Below, in pieces: positions 31,662-42,313 of a DNA stretch of 42,313 nt. A program made the translations under genes and the position numbers. Below the pieces are notes generated by a model. It did not search any database, was not told where the DNA came from, and saw only the letters and a program-made list of their open reading frames with translations. Origin of the DNA: Dimargaris cristalligena (taxonomy: Eukaryota); NCBI GenBank assembly GCA_003614675.1, contig ML002318.1, positions 1-42,313 on the forward strand. Direction: 5' to 3'. Position 1 is the first letter of the stretch. Each line of letters opens with the position of its first letter.

Positions 31662-34112
31662 CTAAGCTTCCTTTTTACCACTTTCACGAAGGGTAACAAT
31701 CCGGTTAAACACCAATTTAGCTGATTCAGCGCAAGCCTTGGGATCCGCCTTTTGGAGGGCCGCTTCCGCCGGCAGTTGGCTATCTTTATCGAGGGCGAAG
31801 TAGCCGATGCGGATAAACTGGAAGCGCAGGTTCTCCACCAGGTCCAGGGACGGGGTAGTTTCGGCCCACCGACGGATGGCGTCCCAAATGCCTACTTCAA
31901 CTAGCGCGCCTTGGGTGCGGTGCAGGCTGTTGGTGTCAATATCGGACAACCAGCCCTGGGGCACTTCGTTCTTATCCAGGGGATTGTTGTGACGGAAGAG
32001 GCGATCATACACGCGCAGTTCGTCAATGGCCACGGGCGAGCCGGCGGTGGGGCAGTTGGCGACCCACTGGATGTAGGCCTTGGGCTTGAATCCCGCGGGG
32101 AGGTCCGTCAGGTAACGGCACTGCAAGTGAACGGGCTCACCGGCTTCGTTGCATTCCACCTCGTCACAGGTGATGGGGTGCGGCACGTGCAACAGGCCCA
32201 CGGTCTTGCCCTTGGCCAGGCGGAAGTAGTCCGGAGCGTCTTCCATCCGGAAATCACTGGCGTCAATGAATAGGTCCCGGGAGAAGGGGACGGTATGCTC
32301 GCCCATGGCGGGGCAGCGGGGTTTGAACGGGAGGGTCAGTTGGGTGACCTGGTCGGCGGGTACGTTGGTAAGCGTGATCCGGAGGGGCTTGACCACGGCC
32401 ATAAGGCGCGGGGCGTGTTCGTCCAGATAGGCCCGGGTTTGGTTATCCAGACGCTCCACTTCGATGGTGGAGGTAGAGGTGGTAATACCGACCTCCCGTA
32501 CAAATTGGTTGATGGCCTGGGGTGGGACACCGCGCCGGCGCAGAGCGGGCAAGGTATAGAGGCGAGGATCGTCCCAGCCGGAAACCAGTCCCGCTTGGAC
32601 TAGCTTCAGCAGCTTACGCTTGGATAGCACGGTGTTGGTCACATTCAGGCGACCGTATTCCCACTGCACCGGCTTGTAGACCTCCAGGGCATCGCACAGC
32701 CAGTAGTAGGATTCGCGGGACTGGCGGAACTCGGTCGTGCACAGCGAGTGGGTGATGTTTTCGAACGAGTCACAAAGACAGTGGGTGTAGTCGTAGGTGG
32801 GGTAGATGCACCACTTGGAGCCGGTACGGTGGTGGGGAGTGTTCAAAACCCGGTAGGCCACCAGATCCCAGAACTGGGGGTTGCCGTCCTGCATATTCAT
32901 CTTCATGCGCAGAATTGCTTCGCCTTCGCCGTAGCGGCCGTCCTTCATCTTCTGGAACTCGGCCAAGGATTCAGCAATGGGGCGGCTGCGGTGCACACAG
33001 TCGGAGCGGGGTCCCTTGGCTTCGCCACCGCGGTGGGCTTTAATTTCCTCGCCCGTGCAGTGGCACACGTAGGCCTTATCCCGTTTAATCAACTCAATGG
33101 CCAATTCGTAGAGGCGCTGGAAATTGTCGGACGAGTAAGTGATCTGGAAAGGCGTGAATCCCAGCCACTTGACGGTCTCCAAGATGGAAGTAAAGTACTG
33201 TTCTTCCTCGGCCTCGGGGTTGGTGTCATCGTACCGCAAGTAACAGACCCCGTCGTGGGCCTTGGCGAAGCCGAAATTGACATTGATGGCCTTGGCGTGA
33301 CCGATATGCAGGAAACCGTTGGGTTCGGGCGGGAATCGGGTAACGACCTTACCGCCGGTGGCCTTCAGGTGCTCTTCGATTAACCGAGGGTTGACCTGGG
33401 GATTGCCGCCGGGCCGGTGTAGCTTGGAGATATCGCCTTCGAAGAAGATAGCGTCAGGATTGGCCGCGGGGGTGGTCGACTCGGCCGCTGGGCCATTTTT
33501 ACCCTTTGAGGCTGGAGCGGCCGCACCCTTTTTGCCCTCTTTGCCCTTGGTCTTGACCACTTCGTCCCGTTCGTCCTTGGGGCCGATGGTGGCCAGTACC
33601 TGCGCGTCGAATTCGGCCTTGACCTTAGCCGGCGAGGCCCATTTAAGAGCGTCCACTTTCTTGAGACCACCCAGGAGGGGGCCCAGGGCCCGGTACCGGT
33701 CCTTCACGAGTCGCTCCTGGTTGGTTTCGAAATAGGTCCGGATGGCATTTTCGATTTCAGCGTCGGTCACGGTAACACCAATGCCGCAGGCCCGGTCAAA
33801 GGCGGACCGGTCGGCCAGGGGATCAGCCTGGGCCTCGCAGTATTTGATGGCCGCATCCACTTGTTCGTTGCTGGCGAGCTGCCCTTGGCCAATGGTCTGG
33901 GCCAGGGCTTCCAAGTGGGCGCTGGCCTTAGGGGTGACGGTCGAAGCTAGGCGGTACAGGAGCTTGCCGGTACTGTCGGGAATACCATCAGTAAGACCCG
34001 AGGCCCGGATGGTCGAGGCCAGAGCAGGGGCCAATTTTTTGTTTTTGGCGGTCTCCTGGGCCTTTTGCTCGGATAGACCGATGGTGGTAAACAGAACTAC
34101 GAGATCATCCAT
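31662..34112 (-). CDS. GLN4: Glutaminyl-tRNA synthetase (816 aa from ATG 34112), with eukaryotic N-terminal extension
   Basis: TRFPPEPNGFLHIGHAK (HIGH motif), LRYDDTNPE, CIYPTYDYTHCLCDSFENITHSLCTTEF, QWEYGRL, VLSKRK, GWDDPRL and FQFIRIGYF. Confidence 0.98.
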   Translation of the reverse strand: MDDLVVLFTTIGLSEQKAQETAKNKKLAPALASTIRASGLTDGIPDSTGKLLYRLASTVTPKASAHLEALAQTIGQGQLASNEQVDAAIKYCEAQADPLADRSAFDRACGIGVTVTDAEIENAIRTYFETNQERLVKDRYRALGPLLGGLKKVDALKWASPAKVKAEFDAQVLATIGPKDERDEVVKTKGKEGKKGAAAPASKGKNGPAAESTTPAANPDAIFFEGDISKLHRPGGNPQVNPRLIEEHLKATGGKVVTRFPPEPNGFLHIGHAKAINVNFGFAKAHDGVCYLRYDDTNPEAEEEQYFTSILETVKWLGFTPFQITYSSDNFQRLYELAIELIKRDKAYVCHCTGEEIKAHRGGEAKGPRSDCVHRSRPIAESLAEFQKMKDGRYGEGEAILRMKMNMQDGNPQFWDLVAYRVLNTPHHRTGSKWCIYPTYDYTHCLCDSFENITHSLCTTEFRQSRESYYWLCDALEVYKPVQWEYGRLNVTNTVLSKRKLLKLVQAGLVSGWDDPRLYTLPALRRRGVPPQAINQFVREVGITTSTSTIEVERLDNQTRAYLDEHAPRLMAVVKPLRITLTNVPADQVTQLTLPFKPRCPAMGEHTVPFSRDLFIDASDFRMEDAPDYFRLAKGKTVGLLHVPHPITCDEVECNEAGEPVHLQCRYLTDLPAGFKPKAYIQWVANCPTAGSPVAIDELRVYDRLFRHNNPLDKNEVPQGWLSDIDTNSLHRTQGALVEVGIWDAIRRWAETTPSLDLVENLRFQFIRIGYFALDKDSQLPAEAALQKADPKACAESAKLVFNRIVTLRESGKKEA

Positions 34113-35631
34113 GATCACACGAAGCGAGCGGCCGTTTAAAGAAGGATATATATATATAAGGGGTTATGGGAGGAGAGAGAGGGTGGTGGCAGACGAGATG
34201 AGTAGGAAAACAAGTGTCGGGATTGAATAGACGGGACGTGAAAAAATATAAGGATATAGGAAGAAGGGCAAGGAGGGGTATGCCAGTAGGTGAAATCGAG
34301 TGCTTTAACAGTGCTTTTCGCATTAAAAAACGGAGTTGACTCACCAAGCCCGGGGGACTGGCTGATGCGCCAAAATTACGGATTTAATCTGCGTTATCGA
34401 ACCATCGGGATGGTTTAGTCCCGCTAGGCGGATTGAGTCGATTCTGTTGTCGAGGCAGCTATTGTATTTCTGGAGGCAATTGCCGTGCTTTGGGATATGT
34501 CCGGGTGGATGGGCGATGGGCCATTTAGATAATGGCTATATTGGGTGATAAATGGGGATTGCCCATGGTATTCAATGTATGGGGTAGCCAGAGCCGGTGT
34601 TGGAGCATGGCGTTTCCAAATCTCTACCGACGGGGGAACCCCTTATTAGGCTTAAATGGGAATGTAGCGCACTGCTCTGAAGATGACCCTTTGCATTATT
34701 ATACACCTCACCCTGGGAAATTACTTTAGCGCGAATGAAAACTAGTGTAGGCAGGCGGCGTAATTAGTTGGCAATCGCAGCAGTTTGGTCATTTAGTACT
34801 CCAATTGATCCGGCCGATAAAGGCGACTGGGGAGCATTCGATAAAGGCATGTGAAGTAATGGTGCAGCGATGTTGTGGATGCTGAATACCCTTAGCAAAG
34901 GCGCTGGCGGATGGGGTCATTTAGGATGCAACGAACGGCGAATAAAAGGGGCCCTTGGGTGGATTGCATATTTTCCCAGTGGAATGGCGGAGCAGTGCAG
35001 TCGTACTTGACAGGCGCCTACCGAGGAATTAATCTAGCGACTGGGCCAAATTAACTAAACAGTCCAGGGCCGCCACCTCGCGAGGGCAGCGAGAAGGAGC
35101 AACCAACTTAACTGTACTACTCGACAGCCGTCGATCGGAATTTGGAAATAGCCCTAGCGACGTCGGCCCACGTGACTCTTATCTCGCTCACCCCATTCGA
35201 CTTGCGGAGCCCCAAATAGATCGCCGTAGCGAGTCCCCAAAGCAAAACAGCAGAATGAATAGTAATAAAGGTGTCCCACCAGGCCTCGAGCTAAAGAAAA
35301 GACAACAATGGCGGGCCCGTTCTGTGCATAGATGCACCTAAACCCCGAATAGACTATCTAATGGTCAGCCCCTTCTTGCATACACTCTGTTCAGCCCACC
35401 CGTCCTTTTTCAGCCCATCTCCCCTACTTTTTGATTCCGTTGCTTGTTCCTTCCCCCCTATCCGCTTTTTTACTTTGGGAGTCCGCCTAACTCCAGCATT
35501 GTTTCACTTGTTGTCTTCTTACTTAACCACCGTTGTCGTATCTAGCCCGCCGCCCTAGTAGCAGTTAGTACCTTGCAAGGTACCTGGCCACCCGTCAACC
35601 CTACCGTACCAAACCCTCTTTTCGAACCACT

Positions 35632-38418
35632 ATGCCGGACGTTTCCGACGGGGTCGCTCCTTCGGACCCAACTGATTCGGTCCGCCCTACCGCCTCAGTG
35701 GACTATTCGACCTTAACCAACCACATTCTGCCCCTCTGGCCCTCCAACCAGATGCAAATGAAGGTCAGCGACTTCTCGGCCCTGCTTGACAAGGCAGAGC
35801 GGGAAAACCAAGCCCCCATCTTTCCAGCCTTTTTTATGACCATGCTGGGCATACATGTGGCCAGCCAACCCGACCAACCCATCACTTTAGACGAAATCCA
35901 AAAACTTATAAAGGAGCTGTCGACTCAAGGGCCAGCCGCCACCCCGCAGCCCACTGAGGCACCTGACGCTTCCCCAACCCCCACCGAACCCAGCGACCCG
36001 AACCCTGCCCCAAAGTCCGCCAAGTTCTCTCCCTTTGCCTCCCGCCCCCGCACTGCTCAGGTGCTTACGGCCCCGTCGTCCAAGAAGGCGGTCCGCGCTA
36101 CCCTTCGTCGCCCCGTTACCGTGAGCACCCCTTCTGACGATGAAATCCCCGAACTCGACGGCCCCGCATCTCCCCTCGGCCTCAAGACCGACCATTCGTT
36201 CACCCACCTCTCCCAAGTCTTCGAAGATAGCATGTTTGGCAAGGCCTCCGGGTTCCAGACCCCTGGCCACCGCCGCCGGTCCCGCCTTTCCTTCTCGCCG
36301 GAGAATTCCTTCTCTAGCCGCCGTCTATCGGAGACGTTTAGCCCCAGCGAAATCGAAGGTGGTCGCCCCCCTCTGAATCATTTCCGCTCGGTCAGCCCGC
36401 CCCAGAGTGTGCTGGACGCTCTGGACCAGGAGTCATTCTACCGCTTTCGGGAACAGTCCATGGTGGCCGAAAACAATGCCCTGAGTGAGGCTATGTTGAA
36501 CCGGCACAAGGAGGAGCTCAAGAAGCACAAGGCTATTTACGATCGCAAAATCGAGCGGGAGGCCCAAGTCCACGAGGCCCACGTTCACTCCATTCAGCTG
36601 AAGCTGGATGAAATCAAATCCGAACTCTTGATGCGCCAGCGTGAACTCAAGGACCTGTCTAATAAGGACCGCAAGAAGACCGAGCAGATTGGCCAAATGG
36701 AGACCGAAATTGCCAAACTGACCCGGCGGGTCTTTCATCTTCAGGCCGAACACAATAGTCTGAAGCGGGATTTCGAGGCCAAATGCGTGGCATTCAATAC
36801 CATCAAAGAGGAATTCGATGTCAAGCAGGAGGAGTACGAGGCCTCGGCCCGGCAGCACGAAGCCACCCAGACTGAACTGCAAGAGGTTGCCAAGAATAAG
36901 ATTGAACTGGAGAACCAAGTCCACCAACTGACTCTTCAGATGCAGTTTAACGCCACTGTCCAAGGCAACGTCGAGATCCTAGAGGCCCGGAACCAGGCTC
37001 TCACCGAAGAAGTGGACCGCTTGACCGCCGACTTGCAATACATGACCCTCTCCCAAGGGGCAGCAGGCCGGGCTAGCGCCTCCGTCCCTTCGACTGACGG
37101 TATCAATCAGAACCTCTCGCTCCACCAAGAACTGGCGGCCAGCACCCACCTCATGAATCTCCACCCCGGCGAAGATATAGACGGGGTCGGTTCGTACGGT
37201 GATGTCCACTCGCATACCACCCGGTCGCCCAACCGTTCCCGTCGGGGAGCCATCCGCCACCAGGGAGTCCAAACCGACCCCGCCATATCCCGACTGCCCG
37301 AGCCCGTTATGGTGGCGAAATTAGTTCAGGAGAAGCAACAATTCCGCGAACAGCTGGCCGCTGCCATGGCCCACTACCAAGCCGTTAAACAGGACCTCCA
37401 GGATACTCGGGAGGCCCACCAAAACGATATTGAAACCATGCGGCGTTGGCTCCACGCGCTTCAACGCCAAATCCCGGTGGCCGATGCGACAGTATCCGCT
37501 ACCCCGGCGGATAATTCGGCCGCGACGTCGGAGGCGGGAACCCAGTGTCGGGCGGCGGGAGTGGATGCCCCCACCCTTATCGATACCCAGGGCCTCGATA
37601 TTCGATCGCTCATGCGAGGCGTTGGCCAGTTGGTCTCCACCCTGCGCCGCTCTGGCCAACACGTTAGCGCCGACCACCTGAGCAACGGACTGTTCCAACT
37701 GGTCTTGGAGTACTCCCAAGAAACCATCGCTAACCGCAGCATCTTCGCCGCTGATAACGAAGACGAGCGCACCCCGCGACCCTCGCCCCGGCTCAACTCA
37801 GCTGCTTTCCGGGATACCCTCCGCCGCCGTAAGATGGCCTCCCCCCGGAACACGAGTACGGCCGAAGCGTCTACGGCACCTGAGGGTGGTGACCTGGAAG
37901 AATCCACGGCATCGTTTATTAAGGCACCGTCCTCGGTGAACCATTCTGTCGCCAAATCGACGGACAGCCCCGGCCGCAACATTACCACTTGTCAGATCAC
38001 CACGTTGGTGATTTACACCCTGGTGGTTTACTTCCTCGGGTTTCTCACGGTGCTCTTCACCAACCACGTCAATCTCGATCGCGAACCCCTGCGGGCCGCG
38101 ACGGGGGGGAACCACCAGCAGCACCAGTCGCCCCACCTGGGCAGCGGCAGTGTTCGTCCCTCTCCCTACGGGTCCGAGTATCAGGCGGCGGTTCCTGAAT
38201 CGGTCCACTCGCCCGCCGACCTGCGCCCCTGGGAACACTACCCCTCCGCCAAGGACCCGCTGGCCGAGCCCATTCGCCTGCTCATTCCTGACCCTCCACC
38301 CATGTCCACCCGCCTCCGCGGCGGGGCTCATGTCAAACGAGCTCGCACCGCCGATATTTTCATGTACTGGCTGGAAACGCTCCTCTATAACGGAGATTCT
38401 CCCCAAGTTCCGACGTAA
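35632..38418 (+). CDS. 928-aa coiled-coil single-pass membrane protein; candidate KASH-type outer nuclear membrane/spindle pole body protein (Kms1/KASH5-like)
   Basis: Small helical N-terminal domain, S/P-rich linker, heptad coiled coil at ~aa 270-470 and ~560-615, one transmembrane helix ITTLVIYTLVVYFLGFLTVLF (aa ~789-809), and C-terminus ...WLETLLYNGDSPQVPT*. The CDS itself is well supported; the family call is inference. Confidence 0.6.
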   Translation: MPDVSDGVAPSDPTDSVRPTASVDYSTLTNHILPLWPSNQMQMKVSDFSALLDKAERENQAPIFPAFFMTMLGIHVASQPDQPITLDEIQKLIKELSTQGPAATPQPTEAPDASPTPTEPSDPNPAPKSAKFSPFASRPRTAQVLTAPSSKKAVRATLRRPVTVSTPSDDEIPELDGPASPLGLKTDHSFTHLSQVFEDSMFGKASGFQTPGHRRRSRLSFSPENSFSSRRLSETFSPSEIEGGRPPLNHFRSVSPPQSVLDALDQESFYRFREQSMVAENNALSEAMLNRHKEELKKHKAIYDRKIEREAQVHEAHVHSIQLKLDEIKSELLMRQRELKDLSNKDRKKTEQIGQMETEIAKLTRRVFHLQAEHNSLKRDFEAKCVAFNTIKEEFDVKQEEYEASARQHEATQTELQEVAKNKIELENQVHQLTLQMQFNATVQGNVEILEARNQALTEEVDRLTADLQYMTLSQGAAGRASASVPSTDGINQNLSLHQELAASTHLMNLHPGEDIDGVGSYGDVHSHTTRSPNRSRRGAIRHQGVQTDPAISRLPEPVMVAKLVQEKQQFREQLAAAMAHYQAVKQDLQDTREAHQNDIETMRRWLHALQRQIPVADATVSATPADNSAATSEAGTQCRAAGVDAPTLIDTQGLDIRSLMRGVGQLVSTLRRSGQHVSADHLSNGLFQLVLEYSQETIANRSIFAADNEDERTPRPSPRLNSAAFRDTLRRRKMASPRNTSTAEASTAPEGGDLEESTASFIKAPSSVNHSVAKSTDSPGRNITTCQITTLVIYTLVVYFLGFLTVLFTNHVNLDREPLRAATGGNHQQHQSPHLGSGSVRPSPYGSEYQAAVPESVHSPADLRPWEHYPSAKDPLAEPIRLLIPDPPPMSTRLRGGAHVKRARTADIFMYWLETLLYNGDSPQVPT

Positions 38419-40885
38419 TGCTCTACATTTCATTTGATTTTTTCACGCCGCCTCCCCCCTCTCCTTCATTGATTATACCTACCCCACCCTTCCAATGACC
38501 CCCAATTTCTTCACGCCACTAACTATATCATATTGTTTATCTAATTTTATTCATTTTATTTGAGTTCTTCCAGAAAGCTATTCACACCCACATATATATA
38601 TATATAACCCCCCCCACCCCCCTCCTCTTTTACCCATCAATTTGCCCTGGTTACATGCGTATACGGGGTTTACTTCTAGTATCATGACATTGGCCATGTT
38701 GCTCCTTATTTTTCATAATGACACGGGTTTACAGCTTGTCTGTCCCGCGTTCCACCCCATTCCTTTCCATACTTCGCCATCTTTTTTAAATACTTATCCT
38801 AACTCCTATTAGGCCATTGCCCTGTATCAGTACTCTTATATTTTTAATTTATTTACATTGTTTCTTACCTAAATATCGTATTGTATGAAATCTATACGGA
38901 TAGGTTACGTTTTTTTCTATTAAATGTTATTATTGCTATGAATGAAGGAGGAAAAGGTTGTCGGGGTCGCTCATTTTAATTGCAGGACCATATTCCGGCT
39001 TACTGTGGAAAATTTAATGAATGCCTGGCTACATATTACCATAGTACTGTATGGAAGGTCAATTTTCTACTGTAATGAATATCCGGGAACTCGGTTAAAT
39101 TAAGCGGGGTTATTATACCTCTTTTCCAGCCGAGATAACTATGGTTGGTATATTATCGAAATAATTAATTATATTACATATCTTCTCGGCCTCAATTAGG
39201 ACGGAGACTTGATTCAGCCGGTCTTTGAAATCTTGGCATGTTAATTGCTGTCGATAACTAGCGCAGTGTGGATGTAGGGGGTACTTATAATAGTCCCTGA
39301 CTTACGATTTCAGGATCTTAAGTCACCCCAAAACTATTCGTCACATGGAAAAGGGTCGTGCCTTTACGGGCACTGGAAGGCGAATTTTTGAAGAGCGTGG
39401 TCACCTTCAATGAATTACAAAATGCCGTGCATATGGAACCATCTGGATTATTATATCGATTATGACCTACTCTTTGCGTAATAAGTATCATAAGTAAAAT
39501 GGTGTCGATGTTTACAGTATCATGCAAAGTAGATACTAGAAGTGAAGGGTTAATGGGTTTGGCTACGCGTCGCTTAATCCACATTTTTTTTAAAATAAAT
39601 AAAGGGCGATTACCATTGCCCTCATGTAAGGGTACTATCAATGGGATCCATCTTGGGTGGCACTTTGGGCCCAGTTATCACTGATAACCATAGTGATGGT
39701 CGTCAATGACTAGGTGAATTGGGTAAGTATTAGTAGTTGTGGAAGCTGGTGTAGTTGTCGGTAGGGTAAAATGGGAAGACCGTTGTGGTGTAGTGTTGTG
39801 ATACGCTTGCCCTACTCAGGAACCAGTGGGTTCCAGAATACTGTAGGGTCGGTCCTACATGTACAATAAAATGGGGGGTGCCGTTTACATGTGCCCTTCC
39901 CAAACTATGCCAAATTAATTTGCAAAAATAGACATAAGGGAAGGACGGTACAGTACCCCATATACTTATAGATATACGAGGCGGGGGGGGGGGTAAATGT
40001 GGACTTTTACCCAGCAGCTTTGCGCTGTAAAGCCATTTTATCTGGGGGGAAGGGATAAAAAGGCATTGATCTGATGGTAGTGGGGGATCAGTGGAAGTAG
40101 ACTATATTTCAGCTGTCGCGCTAGTTATAATTACATTTACTTACGGCAACGATTAAGGCTAAAGTCGTCCACTAGCTGGATTATTTCTCAGCCGACGGCA
40201 CATACCGTGTAGCTAATGGGAAAGAACTTAGATTCCACACCCCGAATTCGACTTGCCAAAACGGTCCCGCAGTGTCTATTTCGGTTCATGGACACTAGCT
40301 TGGGATGGGCTGCACTCAATCTAGACCTGGAAGAGCTTCCTGTACTATTGATGTTGTACCATTAACGCCCCTAAACCAAAGCAGCTAAAGGGATCACCTA
40401 GCCATAGTGCTTAAGCTAGGCGGTTCCTTAAATATAATAATAATGATGAAAAGAGGGCTGGTTCAATAGTGCTAAAAGAAGACCTGCCAGTTTTACCTTG
40501 GGTATCACCAATCTTACGGTACCACCAACTCTGTTTTAGCTTTTCATTTCTGCATGGCCAAATAAGGCATTTTCCATTTTGCAGAGGCGCCAATTGGCTC
40601 ACCGTGGACCTATAATGGGCTGTACGATGTGCATTCGGAAATTCGTTTCCGCTTCCATGTGCTCCCCTCTGATACTTTAGTAAGGCCACCACCCCTATCC
40701 CACTGCCCTGGCATGCCTAATTATTATGACTTTTATTAAATTAATAAAACTCCCCAACATTATACGAATCGATCAAAGGTCAGCCACTAGTTGCCAGCCT
40801 CCTTTTCTTCCAGCACCTAACCATACCCACACTCAAATAAGATTTTGCTGACGCTCTAAATTGGCCCAATCCCCTTGGGCTTTGG

Positions 40886-40898
40886 ATATATATAAAGA
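40886..40898 (+). promoter_or_regulatory. TATA box of the secreted-protein gene
   Basis: ATATATATAAAG about 200 bp upstream of ATG 41099, followed by a CT-rich leader. Confidence 0.5.
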
Positions 40899-41098
40899 TG
40901 GCCTGTTTACTCTCGTTCAAAATACCTCAACTAACTCCCACATCCCATCCGTTAATCATCCCCGCTTTTCCTCCAGCTTAATCTAGATCCTGTGATATTT
41001 GGACATTGATTATTATCCTTTGAACGACTGGCCACCACCTTCCTTCCCCACTACCATTCTTTCACTTGCCCACCCGCTACCTAAATTGCCTTACCACC

Positions 41099-41800
41099 AT
41101 GAAGTTTTCGGTTTCGTACCTCATCATCGCCGCTGCGTGCCTTGGCTGCACCGTTTCGGCCCTCCCCAACCAGGGCGGTAACGTCTTGGTCAGTACCCCG
41201 GCCCATCTCCCCCGCGAAGAATGCCGTCCTCTCCTGGATCTGCTCAAAGGGACGGAAGCCACCAAGGCCCGGCCGACAAAGATTGGATCCATGACCTATT
41301 TCAACGCCTTCATGTGTATCAGTCCGAGCGACCAACTGAACCATATCCTGACCGGCTTTTTCGGACGCCTGCGCTACCCGGATCTCAAGGCCCTGGTCCC
41401 AGCCAGTGTATACAATCCCCTCGAAGGCCTGGGTAAAATTGTATCCACCATTCCTTCCGCGACTCAATTTCAACTCATGGACGATGCTACCCTACAAACC
41501 CGGTACCCGTTGGTCTACGGGATCAAGCACAACCACCCGGAAGCCGTGATCCTGTACAGTGCCCGCATGCACCAGTTAACCCGCCGGTCTTTTAAGCACC
41601 TTCCCGAGGCCCATGCCCTGGTGTCGGACGCCATGAAAACGGTGGCGGTAGCCTGTGCGGCTTTCGACAAGGGCCCGGAGTGGCGGACTATCATCGGCCA
41701 GATTGAGGAAACGATCTTGGAAGGCCAGGGAATGCATTTCGTGGATTGGCTCGAACCCGCCAAAAGCGTGTTCCGCCGGGAATCCCAGGCTTTGCAGTAA
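41099..41800 (+). CDS. Secreted hypothetical protein (233 aa) with signal peptide
   Basis: ACCACCATG context, MKFSVSYLIIAAACLGCTVSA|LP signal peptide, GC3-rich codons like the other genes, and an upstream TATA. No recognised domain. Confidence 0.85.
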   Translation: MKFSVSYLIIAAACLGCTVSALPNQGGNVLVSTPAHLPREECRPLLDLLKGTEATKARPTKIGSMTYFNAFMCISPSDQLNHILTGFFGRLRYPDLKALVPASVYNPLEGLGKIVSTIPSATQFQLMDDATLQTRYPLVYGIKHNHPEAVILYSARMHQLTRRSFKHLPEAHALVSDAMKTVAVACAAFDKGPEWRTIIGQIEETILEGQGMHFVDWLEPAKSVFRRESQALQ

Positions 41801-42313
41801 ATAAGACGGCAGTTGCGCTCGCTGGCTTTTCCTCTAGCATATTTATCATTCATTCCCATCAAAAGATATTTCGATTCGCTTAAAAATAGGGGCGCATTCA
41901 CTAGAATCTGGGTGATATTTATAATTGTTTTATCTCCCTATTGTCCGCTTCCCCCAGCTTTTTTTTCGCTCATAGTTCTTCGTATAAGCCGACTACTTTA
42001 TAATCCATTTCGCATTTTTAAATCTACCATATTTATATTTCTAAATTATAAAGAACACGCAGTTGGTACCCAGTTATCCTCTATAATAATATTTTTACAG
42101 ATTAGTCGCGCCGATTTGCGTGGTTTATTCAAGAAAATTTTGCCTAAAATGCCATCACATATACACTAGTGTGATAGATCTTGGTGATAGGCTTATGGTG
42201 AACCGCTTTCTAGAGTAATTCTTAGACTATTTATAGTTTTCCTCCCCAGGTGACCAGTATCGTTCATTATTCGCCTGCAAGAAACACCGTCTTGTTTATT
42301 AAAAGCCCACTGG

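Noticed and set aside
1-42313. tRNA, rRNA, CRISPR arrays, intact transposase or reverse-transcriptase ORFs
   Set aside because: No cloverleaf/T-loop context, repeat-spacer periodicity or RT/integrase/transposase motifs were recognised by eye. Highly decayed copies cannot be excluded.

Overview
Eukaryotic (fungal) genomic window with GC-rich, largely intronless genes separated by AT-rich spacers. The sequence character suggests an early-diverging fungus, possibly Kickxellomycotina/Dimargaris-like (inference only). About 1-6400 is a decayed repeat/pseudogene zone: LTR-like remnants, a ~2 kb nearly CpG-free block and one orphan ORF. It is followed by a run of gene-expression housekeeping genes: RPB2 (-), ABCF2/ARB1 (-), THO2 (+), UTP14 (+, 4 exons), RPS11/uS17 (+, 2 exons) and GLN4 (-). 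After these come a 928-aa coiled-coil membrane protein with KASH/dynein-adaptor-like architecture (+) and an orphan secreted protein (+). The most interesting signals are (i) a multi-stem structured RNA inside the RPS11 intron, (ii) the KASH5/Kms-like protein with Spindly-like and LC8-binding-like motifs, and (iii) C-to-T hypermutation of the repeat zone.
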